From NCBI GenBank assembly GCA_965113315.1, contig OZ220367.1: a DNA stretch of 64,000 nt, one strand, 5' to 3'. Positions 1 to 12,309 of this stretch are shown here, piece by piece. The stretch's first letter is position 1; each line of letters opens with the position of its first letter. Origin of the DNA: Podarcis vaucheri (Eukaryota). The notes under the pieces are model-generated. The model saw nothing but the letters and a program-made list of their open reading frames with translations. It had not been told where the DNA came from and did no database searches. Both the position numbers and the translations under genes were made by a program.

Positions 1-336
1 ACTGTAAATATCCTGCAGGTACTTTACTAGAACCAATGGAGCAGAACCAGGCTTGGAAATACTCTATGGATTTCAATCCACTGTGTTTCTCCTAGGTCAG
101 TGGATCTTCTGACTATGGAGTCATCTTGCTTCCAATTATGGGCAGAAAGCATTCTGTTTATCACAACAGGTCACTAAAGAATTTCTTCAAAAGATGCTTC
201 ACTACTATTGGAGCCTTAGAAATATACACAACAGAACATGGGGCTTTTTTTACAATCAGGTGGCATTTAATTTTACGGAATAAAATGAACAAACAACCAT
301 ATGCCTGTTTAGTCTGTGATACACCATGCCAACAGG

Positions 337-588
337 GATTTGTTTGGATTTGGATTTGGATTTGATATCCCGCCTTTCACTCCCCTTCAGGAGTCTCAAA
401 GCGGCTAACATTCTCCTTTCCCTTCCTGCCCCACAACAAACACTCTGTGAGGTGAGTGGGGCTGAGAGACTTCAGAGAAGTGTGACTGGCCCAAGGTCAC
501 CCAGCAGCTGCATGTGGAGAAGCGGAGACAAGAACCCGGTTCACCAGATTACAAGACTACCGCTCTTAACCACTACACCACACTGGCT
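337..588 (-). mobile_element. tRNA-derived SINE, same family as 59529-59773
   Basis: Highly similar in reverse complement (the ORF-track peptides SLKAAN...SPSSCMWRSG...PVHQIT are shared). Tail is (GGATTT)n on the plus strand. Confidence 0.8.
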
Positions 589-3477
589 TGTTGAATATAA
601 ATATGCACAAAAGAAAGTACAATAGCCATAATCACAAAGGAATATTCTACAAATTCAGAAGAAAACTGCTACATTTGAAATATAATTTATACTGGACCCT
701 TATAATTCTGCTTTGCCACTTTCATAGTATCCACTATCAGTTGACAGGATGAAACCTCCCTCACCTAAAAGCCTGTTCAAAGTGCAAGAGCCCTGCTGGA
801 TCAGAACAATGGCCCAATTGGCCAAGCATCCTGTTCTCAGAGTGGTCAACAAGATAGAGCAATGATTCTGAAAGCATAGACTGTAATCAACCTTTACAAT
901 GAGGAAAGTCTTCAGCATAGCTTCTCAGCATAGCAGAAACTCTGTTGATTTCACTTCCCCTTTGGGGATTTGAAGCAACAGGTGGAGCTCAAGCAAAGTC
1001 ATCTGACAGCTGTGTTTCTAGCTCTGTTGTTTTTGCTACAGTTTAGAATCTCTCTGACCTTCCAAACTGGAAAGTAATTTCTTATTGCCTGCTACATATA
1101 AGCAGATTTCCCCTTTTAACCAGAATATACTGCTATTGCAAATAATGCATATACATCTAGCTTGTCACAGCCATCTCTGGAAATTAAAACACACATATAG
1201 TTTTGGCAGGAACAGAACAAGCAACCCAACAGGAAAAATGTGTTATTAGTTTTAGCAGACAAGCAATATACTCAACATGCTACCAAATCCCTTACCTCTG
1301 AATTCTAGTTTGGGGAAAGTATAACCTGAATTCTTTCAAACTGTACATATCAAGGAAGAAATGTACTGAGGAAATTTAAATTTGGCCTCCATTTCTGAAA
1401 ATGAAAAAGGATACACCCTCGTCTTCCTATTCCCTACAGCTTTGCCAGATGTCCGGAATACTGAGAGGGTGCATTCGGAGTCCATCAATGCCAAGTATTG
1501 GCTCAACTAGGAGAGCTGCTGCAGAATGATCTAAGATGCGTCAGCACTATTTTCACATCACTCAAGGCAAGAAGCCAGATTTAAAATTAAGTCAAATCAC
1601 AAGTTCTTGGCCACAAACCTACGGACTCATCCAGCTGACTGTCACGATGATTCATGAGCCTTAGGAGCATGCTGGAGCAGCTATTCCATAAGGTTCCCCC
1701 AGGTGCTGGTACTCTGCACTGCTATTTCTACAGAATATTTATTGTTCTGAAGCAACAAACCATGCCTATTTTTCTTGTGAGTCTACATATAGTCACTTAG
1801 GTCCTCACAACTGGCTAAGATCAGCTTCCAGGATAGCCTCCTTATACAGATCCTTAAATAGTCACCATGGTACTATTTATTTCACGCATACCTCTAATTC
1901 AGTGGTTTCAAAGGCATGAGCTGGGATTATGAAGAGTGGACCAGGATTAATATCATTTTGTAATATTAATTAAATGCCAAGCCTGGTGTAACTGAAAAAG
2001 TTTGAGATAAGTTAAAAATATGGGCTTAGTCAAAACTGGTCCAGTGCTAATGCTGTGCAGAGTGTTATAGAATTCCTAGTAGTGAAAGCCCAATAAACAG
2101 GACATAAATGTGATCAGCCTAGAAATTCTCTGTTCTTGTCTATGAGAATGACAATAAACCATTTTTTCTTCTTCTGAGTAACAATCTGCCTGTGAGGGCT
2201 CTTTGCATGATCTGGGCGTCCATCTCTCTGTAACCATTAATACTGACCCCCTAAAAAGCATGAATTGGGAGTCTGTAACCCTACTTCAAGGACAACTGCC
2301 AAGACTCCTATAAATTCTGAAAGATTTTTAGCACAACAGTTTTATATGTAGGTCCCCATGACTCAGCATGAGGTACACAGGACCTTTTCAGTTGTGACAA
2401 GGGTAAAGAAATATCCCCCTGAGAGAAGGCTGCTTAACTCCCATCTCTGCTTTCCTTTCGACCAACAATGAAAACTTTGCAGTTCCACTGCCCCTTTGGC
2501 ATTTGTATCTGCTGATCTGAAACTGTATTTTAATGATCTGTTTAAAGTATTGCTAGATAGGAAACCAGGATGTAAATTCTTTGAAAATATAAGTCAGCAA
2601 GAAACCTGCTGAAGGATTTTTTTGTTTTGGTGTTATGGATTGGAATTGATGGTCGGAATCAAAGACAATTCTCATGGATTCTTCTTATTTTAAATGGCAT
2701 AATTGCTCTCATCCTCTGATGCATATGATAATGTCTGAAAGAACAAGCCACACACATTTCCTGAATAGCAGAACAACTTGGCCACCTATAGAACTAGTCC
2801 AGGTAAATGAAAGCCTATATCTTTTTTTGAAAGAAAGAAAACTGGTTTTGTGAACTAGGGGGTGGGGATTAGTGAGGAAGCCCCTGAGCCTCAGTTCCAA
2901 GAAACAGAAAAAACACCCCCCATAAGTACTTAATGTAGGTGGGAAGAAGCAAAAATTAAAAGACCAAAGTTTGCTGTTCTGCTTCTATTCCTGCCCCCCA
3001 GGCCTACTTTCTTCTATAGCATCACCACTTTTTCATGCAGCTAGATGGAAAAAGTACGTGCACATGACAGCAGCAATAGGCCAGAGACTCAACTGGCTTA
3101 AATACAAGTTACCAACTGTCAGTGTATTCTTATCCATATTTAATATTCAAATACATACCACCTCCACCACCCCCTAAATGTAGAGTAGTAAAATTAAGGC
3201 ATCAACTGTAGTACATCCAGATCAAAGTGAGCAGTAATAACCAAATCTTGCATTTTGGGCCAAGCATTCTTACTAGAGCTGAGCAAAAAGTTTCCAATTC
3301 TACCTGTATTTGACATTGCTGCGTTAGCGGTCAACTGTGGTTCTATACAAGATGTGGATGGCATTTATTAGTCTAGACAACATAAAGGAAACACAACTAT
3401 GAAGCAAATACTACCACTATTACTACTACTACTAATGGAAAAGTTAATGAAAGCAAGCAAAAGCACAAGCAGGAGAC

Positions 3478-3482
<5 letters not shown>

Positions 3483-3527
<45 letters not shown>
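3483..3527. repeat. (GA)22 microsatellite adjacent to the BTRC exon 2 donor
   Basis: Directly visible. Confidence 0.97.
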
Positions 3528-3529
<2 letters not shown>

Positions 3530-3532
3530 TAC

Positions 3533-3640
3533 CTGGAAAGCTGTGAGTGCGCCAGTCCCTGGGTTATAGAGGCATCGCAGCGAGGGCATGCTGTCCGCCA
3601 GGTTGGAGCAACCCAGCCACAGAGACCGGGGCATAGAGCA
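3533..3640 (-). CDS. BTRC: BTRC coding exon 2 (36-codon cassette exon), CSMPRSLWLGCSNLADSMPSLRCLYNPGTGALTAFQ
   Basis: Lies within ORF 3368..3691(-). Acceptor ...CCTTTCTCTGCAG|TGC at 3641/3640 and donor CAG|GTACAC at 3533/3532. 108 nt, phase 0-0. Matches the 36-aa insert of the long human BTRC isoform as I recall it (CSMPRSLWLGCSSLADSMPSLRCLYNPGTGALTAFQ). Confidence 0.95.
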
Positions 3641-4372
3641 CTGCAGAGAAAGGACAACTATGAGATGGGACTGTATGAAACAGGATGGCACAGATTACAG
3701 GAACTTCTGGGGCTGACGTTTTCAGAAGAGTTATAGCTGACCGTAAGAGATTGGAGTAGCTTCCACATATCCACACATTACCAACCTGAATATTCCCTTT
3801 AGAGAAAAGCAGGGAGGGAGGGTGGGAAGGCATAGGAAACACAACACACATGTCATGCTTAAGATCACTTCAGCTCAATTAAGTATCTTGAAGACATGTT
3901 ATACCATAGGTCACAAGAATGTCCTAATGTAAGGTAGTCAATGCTTTTAGTGGATTTTTAAGCAATTAATTAACTGATTAAAACAAGTTTTGCTTTACCT
4001 AATGTAGGCATTTATCATGCCAGTCCCTTAGCCATGGTGTACTACTTGCTCTCAATTGTACAAATTTGTCCTTCTCTTCCCCACCAGGTCTTAATCACAG
4101 CTAGTCACCATCATGTCTAAAACTACCGTATTTACTTGAATCTAATGGAGCATTAGACTCGTGTAAATACAGTAGGTTAACTATAGCCAACACTAAGGTT
4201 TGCTCCAAACCAGGGTTTAAAACTGACTGAAATCATGAGCAGCACTGAATAAAGTTAAGGTTTGTGAAGACATTACTGGAGACAGGCAGTGGAGGAAGGA
4301 TGAGATTAATAGTTCGCCTGCAAAGGCTCCTCCAACTCTATGGTTCTACAAATGTAAGGAAGGGCGCATATA

Positions 4373-4612
4373 CCGTGTTTTTCCATGTAAAAGACTAGGT
4401 TTCCCCCCTAAAAATAATGTCCAAAATTTGGGGCCATCTTATACCGTGTTTTTCCATGTAAAAGACTAGGTTTCCCCCCTAAAAAATAATGTCCAAAATT
4501 TGGGGCCATCTTATACACGGATAGATCTCCACCCCCCTTTTCTTAAATCAGAGTCCCCCAAAATAGGAGGCGTCTTATACATGGGGGGTGTCTTATAGAT
4601 GGAAAAATACAG
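4373..4612. mobile_element. Tc1/mariner MITE with a tandemly duplicated left end
   Basis: TA|CCGTGTTTTTCCAT starts at both 4373 and 4444. The right end is ATGGAAAAATACAG|TA. Confidence 0.75.
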
Positions 4613-6429
4613 TATATTCCATAGCCTGCTCTAGCTTCCTTAACCACAGCCAAGGGATGGGCAGCATTATGTGTGTACTAGTTCAATATGTCAACTTAGT
4701 TAATATTTTACATGGTATTTAATGAAGGTAATAGTTCCTGTTAACCAAATGCCACAGGTAATTTACTATTTGGAAAAGTGCCTCAAAGATATTGCCTGTA
4801 TAAAGAGATTCACGCAGATGTCATCTGCCCTCAGCACGCTGCATCCTTTTCTAACAATTACAGATATATCCATTCATTACACCAATTAATCAATTAATAT
4901 TTTTTGCCCTGCTCTAAGCATAAGGGCTCCAGTTCACCTGCTGTCTTTTCCCTATTCAGTCACTATTCAGCATGGGGTGAATAATTCTGCCATGTAAGCA
5001 GAATGAAGGGTGGAAACGTCACATTGCATACAAAGGGAAAGGGGGAGAAATAGAATGGATTAGTAAGGAGACTGCAAGGAATCTGCAGCAGTCATATGGT
5101 TCAGCTGGCCTTGCTTAGATATTTTTTAGCAAGAAGATTTTTCATCTTTCTATGCAAACTAAAAGATGTGCAAGACTACCAGAAGGGGAAAATTTTCTAT
5201 TTTTAAAGTTACATCTAGTTTTCAATAAACTGCACTGGTTAAGTGAAAAGTAAAACTTTGGAAATGACACACATTTTTAGCACCGAATGGACTTTAATAT
5301 GAGAACCCTCTAACATTTATAGGCCAAGCTGGTCATATGCTGACCCATATATGGAAGGATAGGACCATGAGAGATTAATGACTTGAGATTTTGCCTTTGA
5401 ATCTTCATCTGAGCTGTATTTTTTTATTTTTAAAAAGGTATCAAAGGGAGTGGGAAACAAACAGGTCCACAGCTGTCTCTGGTCTATCTCAGCTGTACAC
5501 ATGTCTTCTGCTCTGGAAGCCTTCCTGGATTCAGGTCTTCCTCCCACTCCACCAACCTTGCCAGCCTAATGGTTACAGGTCATTCAAAAGGTGTCAACTG
5601 CTATCTGAAAATGCCTTAGAATAGGCCAGGAGAACCTGCCAACCTCCAAATATTGTTCAACTCCAACTCCCATCAGCCTAGTGAGCATGGCCAGTGATCA
5701 AGTATGAGGGGAGTTGGAAGCCCAACAGGACCTTGAAAGCCAGATATTCCTCAACCCTACCCTAAAGCAAGTAGACAACACACATTTAAGTCAAGATTCC
5801 AAACAAACGTAATTTGTTTGGAAATTGCTGTACCTACATCAGAAATGGGTTCAGAAAAATAAACAAATTCAAGGCCCATGATCTGCAGCACTGTGGAAAA
5901 GAGAGTTATTAGATAAATCACTATTTTTGGACCAGCAGTTTCAATGTCAGCTCCCTGAAGTTCCTGATGCAAAAGAGAGGTAGAGCAATTTAACACCCCC
6001 CCCAAGCAAACTGCTTGTTAGTTTTTGAGGAACATTTGAAGGAAAATTCATTTATAAAGGTTTTTTCATTAGATACAGCATATGGAGCCTAATCTGTGCA
6101 GCTTGCATGATACCAGACCCTACATTTTCTTTGTCTCAACCAATCAAGTAGGCCAAATTTTAATCATTAATATCAATTAATCTACTTAGGCTGCAATTCT
6201 GTGTACATTTACCTGGGAGTAAGTCTCACTTATCAGAGGGAAAAATACATGCTATAAAGCTTGTAACCTTACTTTGTACCTTGTTTAAAAATTAGGTCAA
6301 ACGGGAAGACTAAGCCTGTCCATCCAAAAAACAGGGTAATTTCTAGCATGCAGTTATCTAAAAAGAAAAAGAAATCTTAATTAAATTTCTTGGTGATGAG
6401 GGAAATCTGAACTACCCATCAACTATGTA

Positions 6430-6646
6430 CAGTGGTACCTCTGGTTACGAACTTAACTCGTTCCGGAGGTCCATTCTTAACCTGAGGTACCACTTTAGCT
6501 AAAGGGGCCTCCCACTGCTGCCACGCTGCAATTTCTGTTCTCATCCTGAGGTAAAATTTTTAAACTGAGGTACTACTTCCAGGTTAACAGAGTCTGTAAC
6601 CTAAAGTGTTTGTAACCCGAGGTGTTTGTAACCCGAGGTACCACTG
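6430..6646. mobile_element. Tc1/mariner (pogo/Tigger-like) MITE
   Basis: TA|CAGTGGTACCTC ... GAGGTACCACTG|TA: perfect 12-bp TIRs with TA TSD. Confidence 0.88.
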
Positions 6647-7736
6647 TATTTCACAATCCACTCCAGGTCACAAGGCTGTCAGCTATCAATATTTTAAGAG
6701 TTCTGTGGCTTAAACTTCAATTTGAGAATTGGCACCGAGTCACCAGTAATATCAATACTCCACAGATTGCAGAAAATGTGAGCAGAAATACTAGAGAGCC
6801 TGACGACCCCAAAGATTCAGTCAGAATCATGTGGTTTCTTCCTTTACAAAGTATGGTCTTCCCTCTTTGTCCTCATAGCAAGAATGCTGCTCCACACTGA
6901 TCATCTCTTGCCTTGATTAGTGAAATCTCCTCCTCCCTGGTCACCTTAATCCACCAATATCCATCTACTGTAAAAATTATTCACATATTTCACCACTCCT
7001 TAAATCCTCAAAAACATCCTGCGTGCTTTTTGCACAAGCTTCTTGTTCTTACCTTCAAAACTCTCCATGGCTTTCCCTTGCATTTCTGTGCTTTTATCCT
7101 TCTGTATCCATCTAAACCATTGACTGTTCAAGTTACAACAACCTTCTTGCTTCCTGAAATAACTCCTTTTCTCCTTCCTGCCCCTCGTACTGGGAACTAC
7201 CACCAGAGAACTTACATGAGGATCCCCACCCCCAATTTCTTCCTTCAGATCCCTCCTTTAAACTCACCTCTTCTGTGAAGCTTTTGGGACAATTATTTAG
7301 TCTTAATACCCTGCTTAACCGACTTGTCACAGTGCTTTTTTCTGAAATTCATTGCCATTTGACCCCCACAGCTTACAATTTTCTTCTGTACACCCACAGG
7401 CAAGCCAAAGAGAACACATAATACATTTGATCATGTGGCCTCTGGTCTACAAAAGCATATGCGGTAATAAATCTGTTAGCCTTTAAGGTGCTACAAGATT
7501 CTTTGTTGCCAATAGCCTACTGAAACAAATCCAAAGTGTGTGTGTGTGATCGCACATTTCTACCCTGTTCATCTTTCCCTCCATTTCCTTACTCTTCATC
7601 TGTTGCCTCCCTTGTGTCAATTGTGAGACTATATGCCCCTTGGGGTAGGGACCTGTCCTCTCATTCTCAATAAAGCAAATGTAAATAGATGACACTCAGT
7701 AATAATAAGCCATCGGGAATTCCCAATCCTGTACTC

Positions 7737-7958
7737 CAGGGGTGGCCAACTCCCGAGAGACTGTGATTTACTCACAGAGCTTTTTTAGGGAGGACGAAAG
7801 CTCCTTTTTGGGGGTGCAGGGCAATTTAAATGTTGAACTTTGGGGTGGGAGCCAAACTTGTTGAGCTTCTTTGGGTGGAGCCAGTGATCTACCAGTGATC
7901 TACCACAGATGTCCAGTGATATACCAGTAGATCACTATCTACCTGCTGGATGTGCCTG
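7737..7958. mobile_element. hAT-type MITE
   Basis: CAGG...CCTG termini with an exact 8-bp TSD CTGTACTC (7729-7736, 7959-7966). Confidence 0.85.
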
Positions 7959-9994
7959 CTGTACTCCATACCACCAGCATATTTATCCACCCTCTCCAAT
8001 CTTTTTCATTCTGCAAACACTTTTTTCTTGAGAATGAAGGCAGTTTTCCTCTCTTGCATTTTAAGAGTCAACCTAAAGTTAACACAACTTTCTTGAGTCA
8101 CCTGTAGTTATCTGCTTAGCAAACTCCTCACTTTGGTACACGTACTCTCTGCTTGTAACACACTGTGCTCTATAAGATAAGAATAGGTGAGTGAATGGAC
8201 TGTGTCTTGTGTCTCAAATACAGGGGGAGAGCCAGTGCCGTTTTAGTTTCTTTCCATGCTAAAGCTTCAGAATATGCACTTGTTCAAATATTCTTCAGGA
8301 CTCTGTCCTTAGATGCATGCCACATACAACCTGTGTTTGCCACTGCATATACATAAGATGGGGAGCTGTGGCCTATTCAGCTTCATTGCACATTTATCTA
8401 TATAAATACATACAATGGGTGTATACAAATGTTTTTACATGAACATACAAAATGTGGCACAGTCCTTAAAGGAAACTGAATTCTGCTCATCCTGTAAGAT
8501 ACCCAAAGTTTGTATGAAGGAAATCAGTATCACTACATGGTAATAATTACACAAGAATCCTGAAAGTTAAAGGTAAATACATATACATGTAGCATATATT
8601 GGGTAACACTGTTTCTTCCATCAACTAATTCATACTCTTAGGTTTGATGCAGTGGTTCATAATTTTTGTCATATACATAACAAAATTCATATTTACTTCA
8701 AGAGGTATGGCTTTTTCTTTTTCTTCAAAGGAGGCAACATTTATTATGTTTTAAAAGACCAATCTACGAATGGAAAATGTCATTCCTGTTCTTGCTTCCC
8801 ACCCAAAGAAAGCACAGGCTTTAAATTGCTAGTGGTGTCTGAAAGAAGCTTATTCACAAACTCAAACAAAAGGCCTCAGGTGTTTCAACAGAAACACAAT
8901 GTGTGTAAATCAGAGGAGTGACCCAACAGGACACCTTCATTTACTGCCTCAGTGCTAAGAAAGCTCAATAGGCACTTCTCAGAACTCCTGGTCAAGCTGT
9001 GTGCTTCAAAAACTCACTACTGCACTGACAGCTCCACAAACAAGGGCCACATTGTTTATCACCGAAATAGTGATTGACAATATCTCCTGCTTGCACCCAT
9101 GTCAACTACAGAGTAAAAAACCCCAAAATAAACCAAAACCCAAAAGAAATAATGCAAACCACAGTGTGTACAGAGTTGCTCATCAGGGAAGAAAGATAAT
9201 GGAATCAGTGTTTCTATCCTACTGCCCTACCCCAAATTATCACCATTTGATCTGAATTATGCTGTAGTCTCCCTCAGCACCTTTTAGACCTGGTCCCCAC
9301 ACCTGATCTAAATGCTGCTGAGGAAGACATTGTGCCCTCCAGATGTTGACAAGCTACAACTTCCATCAGCCCCAGCAAGCGTGGCCAATTGCTAGAGATT
9401 ATGGGAGCTGTAGTTCAGCAACATCTGGAGGGCCATGCGTTACTCACACCTGAGATCCAAAGAGGAATCAACCTCTAGAACAGGGTGGTCCAACCTCTCA
9501 GACCAAGTGGGCCGCAAGAGTACATCAACACAGAACCCAAGGGCCACACACTCAATTAAATTTCAATATCGTACAGTTTGCAATATAGGTAATATTATTT
9601 AACACACACAATTAATATATATACTTGAATATATATAATTAAATACCAATGTGTGAAGTTCGCCAGGCACCAGGTGAAGATGCAACAAAGTGAAGATGCT
9701 TCAACTCCCTCCGTCATGTTACCTGTTAAACTGGAAGATGGCTGTTTGCAGCTGAGAGTCTGTTCTGACGTTGTAGGCTCCCTGCAAATGTTAGAACCCT
9801 ACCAGTGAGAGATGGTTGCCCTCCAACTCACAGAGGACAACTGGAATGCAACTGATGGGGCATGGCAAACATCCTTGCCCTCATTTCCTCTGCTACAATT
9901 AATATCATGTGGCAGAATTAAACCCAATAGGCCTCTTGTTGTCTTCTGCAACAAGTGAGGGAATGAATACATAATTTTCACAAAACAACCATTT

Positions 9995-10640
9995 CTTTTT
10001 GAATCTTTTTTATTTATTTAAGCAAAAACATATACTTCAACAACATAAAAGAATACATAAGAATAATGAAACAAAAATTACAATGCGCTACAATTACATT
10101 AAAATTAAAACATCCACACCCAAAAAATGCAAACTGGGTTGTTTCATTCACAATCCCTGGGGAAAATAATTATTATCCTTGGTGTTGTGGGATAGTAATT
10201 TTTCTGAAAAGATTTGTTTGATATATAAATATCAGGATAATGTCCTCCAGGTCTTACAATATTGTCACTTACAGCTGAGAAGACGCTTAGAATTCAGTAT
10301 AGTAGCATATTTCACAGGAGCCATTTGAACACTGTTAGCATTATTAATGTACATGAAATAAATTCTTGCCACACATTTGAAAATGAATCTTTTTTTGTTT
10401 GTCCACTAGCATATCTTAATTTTGAGTTAATTTTTCAGCAATAGCTATGGAACAGATTTTACTATAACATAAATCCTGATTAAACCTTCTTGTGATAACA
10501 ATCCTGGGGGCTAACCATCTTCACTTGGGCTCATCCCATATGCCCAGTAATGCTAACAAAGGGATTAGTATCAATTCCTCTTTTCTTATTAAATTAATTT
10601 CTAGGAACACCATCTCCACAAAAGCTGCTATGGCCAACAT
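9995..10640 (-). mobile_element. Probable old L1-like 3' fragment
   Basis: T-rich tail with TTTATT near 10005-10020, and a minus-strand LALLGIWD-type remnant near 10530-10560. Heavily decayed. Confidence 0.4.
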
Positions 10641-11922
10641 TCCCAACCTAAGTGGAAATACTTACCTTTTTGTTTTTAACAGCACCAGCATTTTGGGGAC
10701 AGACTGGGGTTATTATGTGATAAAATCATTGATTTATAGTGCCACTAAATATTATTTTAAGAGCCTCTTTAGTTTGTTCTGAAGTATTTTTTCTGTCAGC
10801 TTCCTCTTGTGCAATACACAAGACTTCTTGTGCTCCTTTAAGGAACACAGTCTACATCTTCCATGCAGGAGCACTTTTCACTCTATTTTATTTTCTAAGC
10901 AAAGGATCCTACATGGAACGGGTTCCAATTTCAGAATTTCCAGAAAGTCAGTTAAGTTACTGTTGCAGCAAAAAAACAAGAGTCATGTAGCATCTTATAG
11001 TCCAGCAAACAAAATTGTTGGTCTTTTAAGGTGTCACATGGCTGTTGGTTTTATAATTCGCACTGTACTTTCACTATAACAGGCTAGCATATATATGGAT
11101 GATATTAGCATTCCCCACCCCCACGTCATTTCTATTTCAACCATGTTTGAATTCCAAGGACAACTTCTCTCAGTCACTACAATGGTATGCAAGACATTAA
11201 ATACAGTTTTTCTTGAACTCCAACTATGTGCAAATTGAAGTTAGTGATGTTCACTCATATCTCTACCAGTAAAGAATGCCCCCTACTTTCCCCAACTTTT
11301 CCAAAGTGCCTGAACTAAACAGCAATTGTCATCTTAAATTTATTTTGTCAGTGCACTGCTCAATTTCCTAATCAAAGAGTACTGCCAAAATTAATTTGGA
11401 GTTCAGACTACCCATCCAAACTCCTCTATCACTACAACTTGACCTTGTATTCTTCTGCATTCTCTCTGTCATGGGATAGATAAAACACGACAGGGCTTTT
11501 CCTTGTCTGACAAAATTACCCTGCCAGGCTTAGCTTATCAAATTAGTAATTATTTTGGCTCCTTTCAGCATGACTCTTTTATGCCAAGACATTTTAAAAT
11601 ATTATTTTGTAAATTCCACTGAGGTATGAGTTGCATCCCTTGTGTGTGAAGCTTCACGGGGAAAGGGAAAAGCAAAACTTTGAAGAGCATCTTGTTGTAT
11701 AATTATAAACTATCATCCAAACCTCAGTTGCATAGAGACCACAACTTTATGCATTTAAGGATGCATTTAACCCTTTACAGTCTTGCCTCAAAGTAAAACT
11801 ACAATCCTAAGCACACTTACCAGGGAGTGAGTCACACGGAACACAGTTGGATGGAGAATCATAGGCCGGATTCAACTGAGTTCCACTAGTGCAAGCCAGC
11901 ATTAGGTCTTCTGCTAGCACTA

Positions 11923-12152
11923 CAGTGGTGCCTCGCAAGACGAAATTAATTTGTTCCGCGAGTTTTGCCGTCTAGCGAATTTTTCGTCTTGCGAAGCACG
12001 GTTTTAACGGTTTTAAAAAGTCGCGCAAAGTTTTCGTCTTGCGAAGCAAGCCCATAGGGGAATTCGTCTTGCGAGGCAAATCGCAAACGAAAAAACCTTT
12101 CGTCTAGCGAGTTTTTTGTCTTGCGAGGCATTCGTCTTGCGAGGTACCACTG
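11923..12152. mobile_element. Tc1/mariner MITE (CpG-rich, young; TCGTCTTGCGA subterminal repeats)
   Basis: TA|CAGTGGTGCCTCGCAAGACGAA ... TTCGTCTTGCGAGGTACCACTG|TA. Confidence 0.88.
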
Positions 12153-12309
12153 TACAGGCCCTTTTGCTCTTCACTCCACCCCCACCCCCAAATTGGGCTG
12201 GGGGAACCTCCAGAACAGCACGCTGGGAGAGTGGCACTGTTCTTTCTGGAAAGCTAAAAAGATTGCACTGATGGAATCATCTCTTTAGCACTACACTGAA
12301 TTCCTCCCA

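Noticed and set aside
1-3482. BTRC exon 3 (NSSEREDC...)
   Set aside because: I could not find it by eye in this interval. It probably lies beyond the window start.
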